Shown: in pieces, positions 30,086 through 39,633 of the stretch | How positions within the stretch are numbered: the stretch's first letter is position 1 | Layout of the letters: each line of letters starts with the position of its first letter | Assembly: GCA_030603665.1 (NCBI GenBank) | Contig: JAUVXJ010000003.1 | Location: 85,377-149,376 of the forward strand | DNA: 64,000 bases | Reading direction: 5' to 3' | From: Chloroflexota bacterium | GTDB taxonomy: Bacteria > Chloroflexota > Anaerolineae > UBA7937 > B3-Chlor | Made by a program: the position numbers and the translations under genes | Notes under the pieces: generated by a model | Told to the model about the DNA's origin: nothing | What the model saw: the letters and a program-made list of their open reading frames with translations, nothing else | The model's database searches: none

Positions 30086-30334
30086 GGGTATTTCACTATC
30101 GTGTTGAATTCATGTTGAGCGAGGCTACTAGAGTAGTCCATCAAGAGTGCGGTAGAAGTCTGCAAGCTCAACGCTATTGTTCCGAGAATGCTCATATGCT
30201 GGCCGAAGCGGCTCTGAAACCGCCTCAGACTCGCTATTGGATGACACCACAACCCGCTCACGGTGGGGGCCAGTTGTGGCAAAGTGTCGAGAACAGGCTT
30301 GGTGATACTCGTAGCGGAGTCTCTTCGTTCAACC

Positions 30335-31162
30335 TCAGCGTGCCTCTGCCAGTCCGTCTCCCAGCAGATTGATGCCGAGCACGATTAGCATGATCGCCAG
30401 ACCCGGAAAGACGGCGTTCCACCACGCGGTGCTGAAGACCTGTCTTCCTTCGCTCAACATCTGCCCCAGGGTGGGCATGGGAGGTTGCACACCCAACCCT
30501 AGGAAGCTCAACGCAGCCTCAGCCAGAATCATGATCGATACGTTGACCGTAACAATTACGAGAATGGTCGGCATCACGTTGGGGAAGATGTGGCGGGTGA
30601 TAATGTGAAACGGAGTCGCGCCAATAGAACGAGCTGCGTCCACAAACTCCTTCTCCTTCAACACCAGGGCCTCGCCCCGAGCCACTCTAGCATATTGGAC
30701 CCAGCTGACAAACCCCAGTACTGCGATCAAATTGAGCAAGCCTCGACCTAGAAAAGCAATTACGGCGATGGCAAGGAAGATCACAGGGAAGCTAAGTTGG
30801 GTGTCCGCCAGCCGCATCAGGATGCCATCTACCTTGCCTCCGAAGAAACCAGAGACAATCCCGAGCACGGTGCCGAAGGTCCCACCAACAAGAACAGAGC
30901 CAACACCAACGATCAATGAGATTCTCAATCCATAGATGATGCGGGTAAACAGGTCTCGCCCTAAGTGGTCGGTCCCCAGTAGGTAAGTGATGTCGCCGTC
31001 TGGATACCAGAAAGGCGGAGTCAACGCTTTCGGAAGGTTCTGCTCTTTGTAGCTGTGCGGTGCCACCAGCGGGGCAAATAGAGCCGTGAACGCCAAAAGC
31101 AATGTGATCATCAGGCCAAACATTGCGGTTCTGTTCCGGGCAAATCTTTTGATCCCCTTCAT
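30335..31162 (-). CDS. ABC transporter permease (DppC/OppC family)
   Basis: LGTDHLGRDL, EFVDAARSIGA, EAALSFLGLG. Confidence 0.93.
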   Translation of the reverse strand: MKGIKRFARNRTAMFGLMITLLLAFTALFAPLVAPHSYKEQNLPKALTPPFWYPDGDITYLLGTDHLGRDLFTRIIYGLRISLIVGVGSVLVGGTFGTVLGIVSGFFGGKVDGILMRLADTQLSFPVIFLAIAVIAFLGRGLLNLIAVLGFVSWVQYARVARGEALVLKEKEFVDAARSIGATPFHIITRHIFPNVMPTILVIVTVNVSIMILAEAALSFLGLGVQPPMPTLGQMLSEGRQVFSTAWWNAVFPGLAIMLIVLGINLLGDGLAEAR

Positions 31163-31175
31163 TGTTTCATACCTC

Positions 31176-32093
31176 CTACTGGTACCTTATCCTTGGGTCC
31201 AGGTAGCAGTACGAAACGTCAACAGCAAAGTTAATGAAGGTGATGATAATGGCCATCACGAGTACGTCAGCCCGTACCAGCGGCAGGTCGCGGGCGTTGA
31301 TGGCCTGATACATCAGCCAACCCACCCCGGGCCAAGCGAAAACGGTTTCAACGATCACTGAGCCACCGATCAATGAGCCGAGGTGTAAACCGATCACTGT
31401 CACCGTTGGAATCAGAGCATTTCTCAGGGCATGGCGGTAGTTGACGGCCCTTTCTTCTAGCCCCTTGGCACGGGCGGTTGTAATGTAGTCCTGGCTCAGC
31501 GCCTCCAGCATGCAACGCCGCACAAGCCTGGTGATCATTCCGATGTGCGAGGCAGCCAAGGTGACGGCCGGCAGAATGAGAGAGGATGGACTGTCTTTCC
31601 CCGAGGGAGGCAGCCAACGAAGTCTCTCGGCGAATAGGAGAATCAACAAGATGCCCAGCCAAAACTGGGGAGTCGAGATTCCCAGCAAGGACATGCCCGT
31701 TGCCAAGTCGTCTAGAACGGTGCCTCTCCTGGTCGCCGACATGATGCCGAGAGGCACAGCGACAGCCACGGCAATGATCACACTGGTTACGGCCAATATG
31801 AAAGTAGCTGGTAGCCGCGCCAGCACCAGTCCCAGGGAATCTTGCCTGTATTTGAAGGAGTGTCCGAGATCTCCGTGCAGGGCGTTTCTGACGAACAAGA
31901 TGTACTGGATGTAGAGCGGCTGATCCAGGCCGTAGTAGGCTTTGATGGACACCACATCTGCAGGCCGGGCAACCAGAGGAACCATGGTGCTGACCGGATC
32001 ACCCGACAGATATATCAAGACGAAGATGCCGATACTCACGGCGAACAGCACAGCAATGGACTGCAGGAACCGCCATACGATGAATCGCAACAT
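31176..32093 (-). CDS. ABC transporter permease (DppB/OppB family)
   Basis: GLDQPLYIQY, QDYITTARAKGL, ETVFAWPG. Confidence 0.93.
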   Translation of the reverse strand: MLRFIVWRFLQSIAVLFAVSIGIFVLIYLSGDPVSTMVPLVARPADVVSIKAYYGLDQPLYIQYILFVRNALHGDLGHSFKYRQDSLGLVLARLPATFILAVTSVIIAVAVAVPLGIMSATRRGTVLDDLATGMSLLGISTPQFWLGILLILLFAERLRWLPPSGKDSPSSLILPAVTLAASHIGMITRLVRRCMLEALSQDYITTARAKGLEERAVNYRHALRNALIPTVTVIGLHLGSLIGGSVIVETVFAWPGVGWLMYQAINARDLPLVRADVLVMAIIITFINFAVDVSYCYLDPRIRYQ

Positions 32094-32140
32094 GTCTGAG
32101 CCTGCCTGTCAATAGCCTCTTGCGCAAGTAGCCTGCAGGT

Positions 32141-32970
32141 CTACTGCCCCTGCATCATTTCAATAGCGCCCGCGGGACAATAGTATTAGTAGAGACAACA
32201 ACCGGTGCACGCTCTTTCGTTCATCACAATCCGAGGGCCGTGCTCGGACAGGGCCAGACTCTCAGCAGCAGTCTTCTCCAGACAGATTCCGTCACACTTA
32301 CGGCAATTCTGCTAATCAGCGATGGATGCCTTCAGCGCGTGCAGGACTACTTCGTTGCCTTCGACGGAAGATTCCAGGGCACACCCTCTGATCTCGTGGC
32401 AGTCGCAGTAGCCATACTAGTTCAGTCAGTCTTCCAGGCCCGCCACACAGCCTGAAACATCCTGCAAACCACTCACGTAAACGGTGGAGCAAATGCTCAC
32501 AGCGCGCGCCCAACATCAGTCGCTCGACGATATGTTGCCAGGTCATCACTCCTCCGCCGCTGATGAGGGGTAGATCCACAGTCTTGGAGAGTATGGCGGT
32601 GTATTTCAAAGCGATGGGATTCAGTTCTGGCCCGGCAATCGCCGATAGCGCCTGGGTCTCGAGGCCCAGATAGATGGGTCGCCCACCGCGGGTGATATCC
32701 ACGCCGCGCAAGACCCCAAGCGTGTTGATGGCACCGTGGGGCGTCGGCGCTATTGGCTTTGCAGGCCTGGGCGACGCCGACCACATCTGGGGCTCTCGGC
32801 GATAGCTTGCCGATGACAGGGATATCTGCCGCCTGCTTTACCGCCTCAATGCTATGATCGCGGGTAGCTGGCATCCGCGGACCGGACAGGAAGCCAACTA
32901 CCCGCTTATCTGCCTGGTGCCTGCAGAAAGTACGAGTGTACCTGGCTATTGCAGGCTCCAACGGCGGCAT
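32141..32970 (-). pseudogene. PreA/dihydroorotate-dehydrogenase-like flavoprotein pseudogene
   Basis: Frameshifted pieces AVKQAADIPVIGKLSP, AINTLG, LPLISGGGVMTW, and ferredoxin tail CRKCDGIC...CTGCCLY*YYCPAGAI with internal stops. Confidence 0.8.
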
Positions 32971-32982
32971 CGACCATAAGCA

Positions 32983-34650
32983 TTAGGCTTTGTAGCAGCC
33001 CTCGCCCTCGCGCAGCCAGAATCTACCATTCGGATGAGGGTAGAAGTCATGTACGCTGTCCCGCACAGCGTAGATGACCTGCGTTTCAGCTACGTAGATA
33101 AAGGGCGCCTCATCATAGAGGATCTGTCTGAGTTGGCGCACCTTCAGGTCCCGTTCCTCGTTATCAAAAGTAGCCAGAGCCTCCTCATAGAGGGCGTCCC
33201 ACTCCGGGTTCTCGTAACCGTACCAGCCGGCTCCCTCACCTTTGGAGTAGACGCACATGCTCATCGACACGAAGGCGCTGCCCTGATCGCCATAGCCGAT
33301 CAAACCGGCATCAAAGACCGGGGGTTTCTGGATGAACTCGCCGATGTAGGCTCCCCAGTCCAGGAGGTTCAGCTCGGCTGTTACCCCAATTGCCTCCAGT
33401 TGGCTGGCTATGGCCTCCAGAGTTGCCTGGTCCTTGAAGTAGCGATTGTTGGGGCCGGAGAGCGTGAACTTAAAGCCGTTGGGATAACCAGCCTGCTCTA
33501 GCAGGCTGCGTGCCTTGTCCGGATCATAGGGATATGGCTTCAAGTCGGGATCGTACCCCTCGTGCGCTGAGGTGAGGTAACCCACTTGAGGCTCGCCGGC
33601 GCCCATCATGATATATTGGACTATGGCCTCCCTGTCAATGGCATAGTTCATCGCTTGACGGACCTTGACGTTGTTGAAGGGCTCCCGAAAACAGTTCAAC
33701 TCGATGTACGCCGACATCTCCATGGGCGCGCGGAGGATTTGGATACCGCCAGCGTCCTCCAATTCGGGGATTCTGCCCACCGGTACCTGGTCGATGACGT
33801 CGACCCGTCCGGTCTTCAGTTCTACGATCCGGGTAGCGTCTTCCACGATCGGCCGCAAGACCACGCTGGCCAGCTTGGGCGGACCCATCCAGTAGTCCTC
33901 GTTGGCCTCCATGACCAGCTTTTCGCCCGGCGTCCACTCCACGAACTTGAAAGCCCCGGTGCCGACTGCCACGTTGACGACATCGTCGCCCAATTCCGCG
34001 ATGGCTTTGGGCGACATGATCCGGAAGTTCTCAGGGGTAAACTCCACTATTGGTCCCAGGGGGATTTGTGTGGTCCACTTGACCGTGTACTCGTCCACGA
34101 CCTCACAACTCTTGAAGTAGCGGGTGAAGCGCTCCCCCCCGGTAGGGGCCCCTGTCGCTGGATCGGCGAAGCGCTTGAAGTTGTAATCCAGGACGTCGGC
34201 ATTGAACTTCTCCCCATTGTGAAACTCTACCCCTTCCTGCAGGTGTAGTAGCCAGGTCACCTCATCTACATTCTCCCACGTGTGGGCAAGGTGGGGGACC
34301 AATTCGCCCGTATGGAGTCGCTGTGACACGCTCTCTATCATGTGGCCCACCATCATTATCCCACTAAGTGACGTTTGGACATCCATGGTGTCTATGCCCG
34401 CACTCTGCGCGACGATGAGCTCTCCGGAGGGGAACTGGGGCGCAGGGGTAGCTGGCACACTGGTCGGTGTGGGGACCACAGCCTTTGTCGCTTGGGGCGC
34501 CTCTGTCGCTTGAGGCGCCTCCGTCGGCGCACAGGCAACGCCCATAGCCGCCAGTGCACTGCCGGAAGCGAGCCCCGCCATCAGGCGGAGAAACGTCCGC
34601 CGGTCTATCTGCCCAGAGCGAAACAACTCCTGAACTTCTCCCTCGTCCAT
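32983..34650 (-). CDS. ABC transporter substrate-binding protein (family 5), Tat-exported lipoprotein
   Basis: DRRTFLRL Tat motif, VAC lipobox, PT linker, GTGAFKFVEW, VRQAMNYAIDRE. Confidence 0.92.
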   Translation of the reverse strand: MDEGEVQELFRSGQIDRRTFLRLMAGLASGSALAAMGVACAPTEAPQATEAPQATKAVVPTPTSVPATPAPQFPSGELIVAQSAGIDTMDVQTSLSGIMMVGHMIESVSQRLHTGELVPHLAHTWENVDEVTWLLHLQEGVEFHNGEKFNADVLDYNFKRFADPATGAPTGGERFTRYFKSCEVVDEYTVKWTTQIPLGPIVEFTPENFRIMSPKAIAELGDDVVNVAVGTGAFKFVEWTPGEKLVMEANEDYWMGPPKLASVVLRPIVEDATRIVELKTGRVDVIDQVPVGRIPELEDAGGIQILRAPMEMSAYIELNCFREPFNNVKVRQAMNYAIDREAIVQYIMMGAGEPQVGYLTSAHEGYDPDLKPYPYDPDKARSLLEQAGYPNGFKFTLSGPNNRYFKDQATLEAIASQLEAIGVTAELNLLDWGAYIGEFIQKPPVFDAGLIGYGDQGSAFVSMSMCVYSKGEGAGWYGYENPEWDALYEEALATFDNEERDLKVRQLRQILYDEAPFIYVAETQVIYAVRDSVHDFYPHPNGRFWLREGEGCYKA

Positions 34651-34689
34651 CTTCTCGTCCTCCTTATGCTAAGCTAAGGTGTATTGAAT

Positions 34690-35240
34690 ACACTGTATCC
34701 GTCGGGGTGTGCCGGATCCTCCTGGAGATCGTCGGTCTCCGCTGGTGCTTTGGGTATGGAGGAAGGCGATTCCCCCAGCGTTGCACTATCCTCCACAATC
34801 CTCCTGTGGCTTGACCTCACCTCCTTCCCCACGGCCCGAGTCATGGCAGCAGCGCAATCGCCAGTTCCGGAGACCGATCGCCACGCTTGAATCTCCTGCC
34901 TCCAACCCGAGTCTTTCCAGATCGCAAGCGGTGATCGTCTCACCGGGTCCTCTGCCGGTCAGTTCAAAGACTCGGCCCGCCAATCGACTGGCTGAAGAGC
35001 GCCCGAACCCAAAGTGGCGCAGTTCTCCAAGCGATGAACTGGCGCATCGCCACCGGTACCGCGGAGGGTGGCCCTGACAGCGCAGGGCAATGAACGCCCC
35101 ACGATCCGACAATTGGATCTTGCTCCCAGGCACGCATCGGGCAGACACCCCTTCGACCACCGATTCGCACAGCCGCCACCGAGAAGAAACGTCGGATTCA
35201 TCTGTGGCCTGCTGGCCGTGTCGTCTATTGTATGCCATCG
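34690..35240 (-). pseudogene. Probable cyclase (kynurenine formamidase-like) pseudogene
   Basis: Out-of-frame pieces GTGGDAPVHRLENCATL (cf. GTHxDAPxH) and FELTGRGPGETITACDLE. Confidence 0.5.
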
Positions 35241-35265
35241 CTGAGAGCTTGATGGCCAGCTGCTC

Positions 35266-36474
35266 TCACTTCTGGACGTCGATTCTGACCGCCCCCTCCG
35301 GAGCGTACCAGTAACACAGCGAACAACCAGTGCACGCGTCCTGGTCAATCACCGGCACACCACCCTGCATGGTAAGCGCCAGGCAATCTCCTTGAACCCG
35401 CTCTACGACTTCGTCCCAGCCATTCCAGGAAGTGTCAGTGATAACCGCCTTGAGTGGATGGAAGACCAGCTGTTCTCGGTCTACGATATAGGGCAACCCG
35501 AGGCCTATGATGTCCGCCGGACTGCGATAGCCGTATTCATCTAGAAAGCGGTTCATCCCCGCCACGCAATCCGTAACTGCTTTCAGGCCATTGAGATAGA
35601 CCGTAGAGCAGAGCTGCGCGGTAGTCGCCCCGACCATCAACCGCTGCACCGCAATCTCCCAATCCATGATGCCCCCAACGCTGGAGAGGGGTAATCCCAC
35701 GTTCTTGGCGAGGACGATTGTGTAATATGGCGACACATGGGTCGAAGGTGCGCCCATGGGCCCTGAAAGGGATTGGGCAGGCGTCCCGTCCTCCAATTCT
35801 ATACCGGGGAAGATCGGCTTTCCTCCGTTGCGGATGTCCACACCGGCAAAGCCACCCGCCCTAGCGGCGGCCGTAAGGCCATCAGCACCGCCTTGTTTGG
35901 CAGCCAACCCCAGAAGGCTCACGTCGATGACATAAGGCGATACCTTCGCGATCACCGGAATCTTCACCGCATCCTTCAGGGCTCTGGTCATTGCGCCGAC
36001 GAGTTCCGGATACTGGCCAATGCTATCGCCAGTGAAGACAGGGATGCCATCTTCTTCCTCGTGATAGATGTGGGCGCTGAGGGGAATCTCAAGCATGTCG
36101 GCGCCGGCCTTTTCCAGAGCCAGCCCGGCCTCCACCCAACTGTCTGCAAAGTAGGATTTGCCATTCACGTTGGCTATGATCGGGATATGCAGTTCCTTCT
36201 TCGCCGTCTTGATGAGATCTACGCCTTCCTCCAGGGTCAGGCGCCGGTCACCGCCCGCCACGGTCCAGGCGCCGTTGCCCAACATCACAGACCGGTAGGG
36301 TTGGCGGTCCACCCGCGGGGGGACAGCGTTGGAGGCCAGCTTGGTGACAATGCCACCGGCACCTGCTTCCTCCAAGCGTCGCAACTTGGTCGGATGGTTG
36401 GTAAGGGAGGAAGAGGCGATCAACACAGGGTTCTTGAACTCCACACCAGCAAACTCCACTCCTAGATTGGCCAC
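35266..36474 (-). CDS. Divergent PreA/DHODH-like FMN-barrel protein with degenerate ferredoxin tail
   Basis: FKNPVLIASS, IVTK, PVIAKVSP, SSVGGI, VGATTAQLCS retained; substrate-binding motifs replaced. Confidence 0.85.
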   Translation of the reverse strand: MANLGVEFAGVEFKNPVLIASSSLTNHPTKLRRLEEAGAGGIVTKLASNAVPPRVDRQPYRSVMLGNGAWTVAGGDRRLTLEEGVDLIKTAKKELHIPIIANVNGKSYFADSWVEAGLALEKAGADMLEIPLSAHIYHEEEDGIPVFTGDSIGQYPELVGAMTRALKDAVKIPVIAKVSPYVIDVSLLGLAAKQGGADGLTAAARAGGFAGVDIRNGGKPIFPGIELEDGTPAQSLSGPMGAPSTHVSPYYTIVLAKNVGLPLSSVGGIMDWEIAVQRLMVGATTAQLCSTVYLNGLKAVTDCVAGMNRFLDEYGYRSPADIIGLGLPYIVDREQLVFHPLKAVITDTSWNGWDEVVERVQGDCLALTMQGGVPVIDQDACTGCSLCYWYAPEGAVRIDVQK

Positions 36475-36576
36475 GGACAGCCTCCTTTCGCCAATTGGCG
36501 ACTTTCTTGTGTGGCTTGTTGGCAGTCACCCCCCCGGCGATTGTCAGGCAAGCCACGGGTCGCAATAGCCTAGTGA

Positions 36577-37299
36577 CTATGTTGCAGGTATCTTGTCATT
36601 GCCAGCATAGCCAGACCTTTCAAGGACTTCTCTGACCATGCGAAAGTGCTCGCGCATCGCTTCCTGTGCTTGTTCCTTATCCCCATTCTTGACCGCCTCA
36701 AAGATCTCCCTATGGCCCTCGAACGATAGCTCAGTGCTCCCCGGCGGTTCACTAGTTACTCGTCTGCTTTCCCGTAACAACTCTGCAAGCGGATTCAGCA
36801 GGATAGGCAACACCTCATTGTGCGCCCCCCTCGTGAGCAAGTCGTGGAATCGCAGATCTTCTTCAACATACTCACCCGGCGAATCAAGGACTTCAGCCTC
36901 ACGGCGCAGGGCTTTCTCTATCTCCTCCCGCTCCTCATCCGTTGCCCTCTCCGCCGCCAATCCTGCAATTTCGACCTCAAGGATCTCCCGAACTTCCAGC
37001 AGAGCCATAAGAGAGCTCTCGGTCATCCTAAGGTGAAGTGTGAGCGACTCCGTGACGCTATCCATCGATGGTTCGACAATATACACACCACTGCCATGCT
37101 TGACCTCGACCAATCCTCTTTCCTCCAGGGCCCTGATCGCCTCCCTGATCACCGTTCGGCTCACGCCAAACTCGTTGATCAATTCACGTTCCGGGGGCAG
37201 CTTGTCGCCGGGCCGTAGCTGCTGACGTACGATGAGGTCCTGAATCTGGGCCAGTACATCGACGTACAGCCTGTCCCGCCTTACTTCATGGTATTCCAT
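36577..37299 (-). CDS. FadR/GntR family transcriptional regulator
   Basis: LRPGDKLPPERELINEFGVSRTVIREA wHTH; FCD domain DLRFH...AHN...HREI. Confidence 0.93.
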   Translation of the reverse strand: MEYHEVRRDRLYVDVLAQIQDLIVRQQLRPGDKLPPERELINEFGVSRTVIREAIRALEERGLVEVKHGSGVYIVEPSMDSVTESLTLHLRMTESSLMALLEVREILEVEIAGLAAERATDEEREEIEKALRREAEVLDSPGEYVEEDLRFHDLLTRGAHNEVLPILLNPLAELLRESRRVTSEPPGSTELSFEGHREIFEAVKNGDKEQAQEAMREHFRMVREVLERSGYAGNDKIPAT

Positions 37300-37362
37300 C
37301 CGAGGTTCCCCATTCCCGTCGAATGAACTCGAACCAGTATCCGCCCCAGCCAACCCAACAAA

Positions 37363-37427
37363 GGTCATATGGTTAGATGGTTACATGGTGATATGGTCAT
37401 TATACCACTTTCTCTATCGCTTGTCAA
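37363..37427 (-). promoter_or_regulatory. Consensus sigma70 promoter with five tandem 8-bp operator-like repeats
   Basis: TTGACA(37427)-17-TATAAT(37404); ggtcatat ggttagat ggttacat ggtgatat ggtcatta at 37363-37402. Confidence 0.8.
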
Positions 37428-37651
37428 GTTAAACTTGGCCGTCCCAACTCAGAAGTGTGCTGCTTTCGGTTGAAGAGTGAATGCGGTGCTGGATTCCCTT
37501 GGCATTCTTGAGGACTAAGCCATGGATCAAGATCACAAGTGCTGTTCCGATAGGCAGGGCGGCAGCACCACTCCTCTTTGCCCTGCCTCTGCTCCCATGG
37601 TACAATGCCTCTCGATTCTCTTGTAGCTCTTTCTTACCAGGAGGGATGGGA

Positions 37652-39523
37652 ATGAAGAAGAGAGGCATAGTGGCGCACTCACTGTCCGTGGCAGTCATCT
37701 TTCTGGGCATCGTAACGAGCGTGGCGCTGGCAGCTCCTCCGGAGACGCCCCCCAATGCGATCACCATCGCCGGCAGCCCCCTGCGGATCGAAGTCGGCCA
37801 CAACATGAGCATTCAGGTGTACCACCAGAACTACGAACACGGGGCGACCTACGGCGATGCCGACAGCGGCCCGGCCTGGTACATCGATGGCCAGATCTAT
37901 GGGCCGGACCTGCTATCCCACGGAGACTCTGCGGCCTTCAATTCCAGCGAGCTGACCTGGATCGATCACCGAGGGCCTTCGGGGTCGGGCACGCTAGGGG
38001 ATCCCTGGCGCGTAGAGACGACCGGCCAGTTGAGCACCGGTACGTCCACTCTGGACGTGACGCAGCTAATCTCCTACGTGAATGGCCGCAACTACTTCCA
38101 GCTGGACTGGACCATGACCAATCGCGGGGGAGGTCAGAGCTGCTTCAAGTTCTACCACGCCGCCGACATCTATTTCGCCAACGACGACTACGGGTTCGGC
38201 TACTATGACGCTGGATCGGGCTCGGTAGGTGGATACGACGAGAATCGCACCTGGTTCATGGTTTTCGCACCAATCACGCGGCCGGACCGATACAGGGAAG
38301 CCTACTATGACAGCATCTGGGAGGATGTTCAGTCAGGCAGGGATCTGGACAACACCATCGACGCCGAGTACTTAGACAACGGCATCGGTCTGCAATGGAA
38401 CCTCTGCCTTGCGGCCGGCGAGACCCAGACAATCAGCAACCTGTGGAGCTTCGGCCAGAGCGAGGCCGAGGTCATCCCCACCGTGGTCGCCCGAGCGACG
38501 CCTGAGGGGCCCGGGGCGGTGGATGTGATGGTCAGGGATCACATCAACGACGACGGCTCAGTCCCTTCCAACCCTAACGGTGAACCCTTCTGGATGAGTC
38601 CGGATGTCATCGTCCGCCACGAGGCCGACGGCAGAACGGGAGAGACCGATTTCCAGAACCCCACCTTCGGTCAGACCAACTACATCTACGTCACGGTGCG
38701 TAACATCGGTACCGAGAACGCGTCCAACGTTAGGGTCAACGTCTATTGGGGCGACCCTGCGCTCCTCCTCGCCTGGCCTGACAGCTGGAACTTCATCGGC
38801 GCAGCGACTGTGGACGTACCGGCAGGAGGGCGATCCGTCACTCCAGAGATCGCCTGGACGAACCTTCCCAGCCCTGGACATCGGTGCCTCTTGGTCCGAT
38901 TGGAGTCTGACCAGGACCCCATCCGCGATGAGGGAAACGTTCCAGGGGACAATAACATCGCTCAGCGCAACCTGCACATCCTGGAGCTGCCCCGCGGCGC
39001 GGATTCCAGCACGGGCAGCGAGGATGTGGAGGCGATTGCCGTCGGTCCTCCCAACGCCGAGACGGCCCAAGTTGACATCGCCGTCCAGTATCCGGATCTG
39101 CCTCCTGGCGCCCAACTGATCATCCGCATAGAAAGGGACCTGTTCGACCGCTGGATGCAGGCCACAGGCGGCGATGTGGTCAACGGGACCGTTCGAGGTG
39201 AGGAGATTATCGCCACCGGCCCCGACGAGACCATCATCCGCGACCTGCCCCTGAACCCAGGGGAGCAAGCGCCAATCACCATCCACATCGACGCTCCCAT
39301 CGCAGACCCCTTCAGTTTCCAGGTTGTGGAGAGAGTGAACGGAGTGGACACAGGGGGCAATGTGTACTGGCACACCGCCCTGCTGCCTGAGCCCACACCG
39401 GAGACCGGCGACGACGGCGTCGATCTGCCTGAGATCAAACTGCCCAGCGAGCTCACCTGCACTATCCCTTGCTTCGGGGCGATACTGCTCACGCTGTTGG
39501 TGCTGTGGTTGATCAGGCCATAG
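37652..39523 (+). CDS. Secreted/surface protein with beta-sandwich and CARDB-like domains and C-terminal TM anchor
   Basis: Signal peptide MKKRG...ALA; FWMSPDVIVR, NYIYVTVRNIG, GHRCLL, NNIAQRNL; hydrophobic C-terminus. Confidence 0.8.
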   Translation: MKKRGIVAHSLSVAVIFLGIVTSVALAAPPETPPNAITIAGSPLRIEVGHNMSIQVYHQNYEHGATYGDADSGPAWYIDGQIYGPDLLSHGDSAAFNSSELTWIDHRGPSGSGTLGDPWRVETTGQLSTGTSTLDVTQLISYVNGRNYFQLDWTMTNRGGGQSCFKFYHAADIYFANDDYGFGYYDAGSGSVGGYDENRTWFMVFAPITRPDRYREAYYDSIWEDVQSGRDLDNTIDAEYLDNGIGLQWNLCLAAGETQTISNLWSFGQSEAEVIPTVVARATPEGPGAVDVMVRDHINDDGSVPSNPNGEPFWMSPDVIVRHEADGRTGETDFQNPTFGQTNYIYVTVRNIGTENASNVRVNVYWGDPALLLAWPDSWNFIGAATVDVPAGGRSVTPEIAWTNLPSPGHRCLLVRLESDQDPIRDEGNVPGDNNIAQRNLHILELPRGADSSTGSEDVEAIAVGPPNAETAQVDIAVQYPDLPPGAQLIIRIERDLFDRWMQATGGDVVNGTVRGEEIIATGPDETIIRDLPLNPGEQAPITIHIDAPIADPFSFQVVERVNGVDTGGNVYWHTALLPEPTPETGDDGVDLPEIKLPSELTCTIPCFGAILLTLLVLWLIRP

Positions 39524-39633
39524 AGTGAAGCAGAATGCTATGCGCCCGCTTGGCGTGGGCCTTAGCCTGAACTTCCATAAGGAGACTGCCGGGCTGTCCT
39601 CTGGACGAGTAGGCATTCGTGCAGCTGCCGGGT

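Noticed and set aside
34486-34521. 18-bp tandem repeat (EAPQAT x2)
   Set aside because: Ordinary low-complexity linker of a lipoprotein
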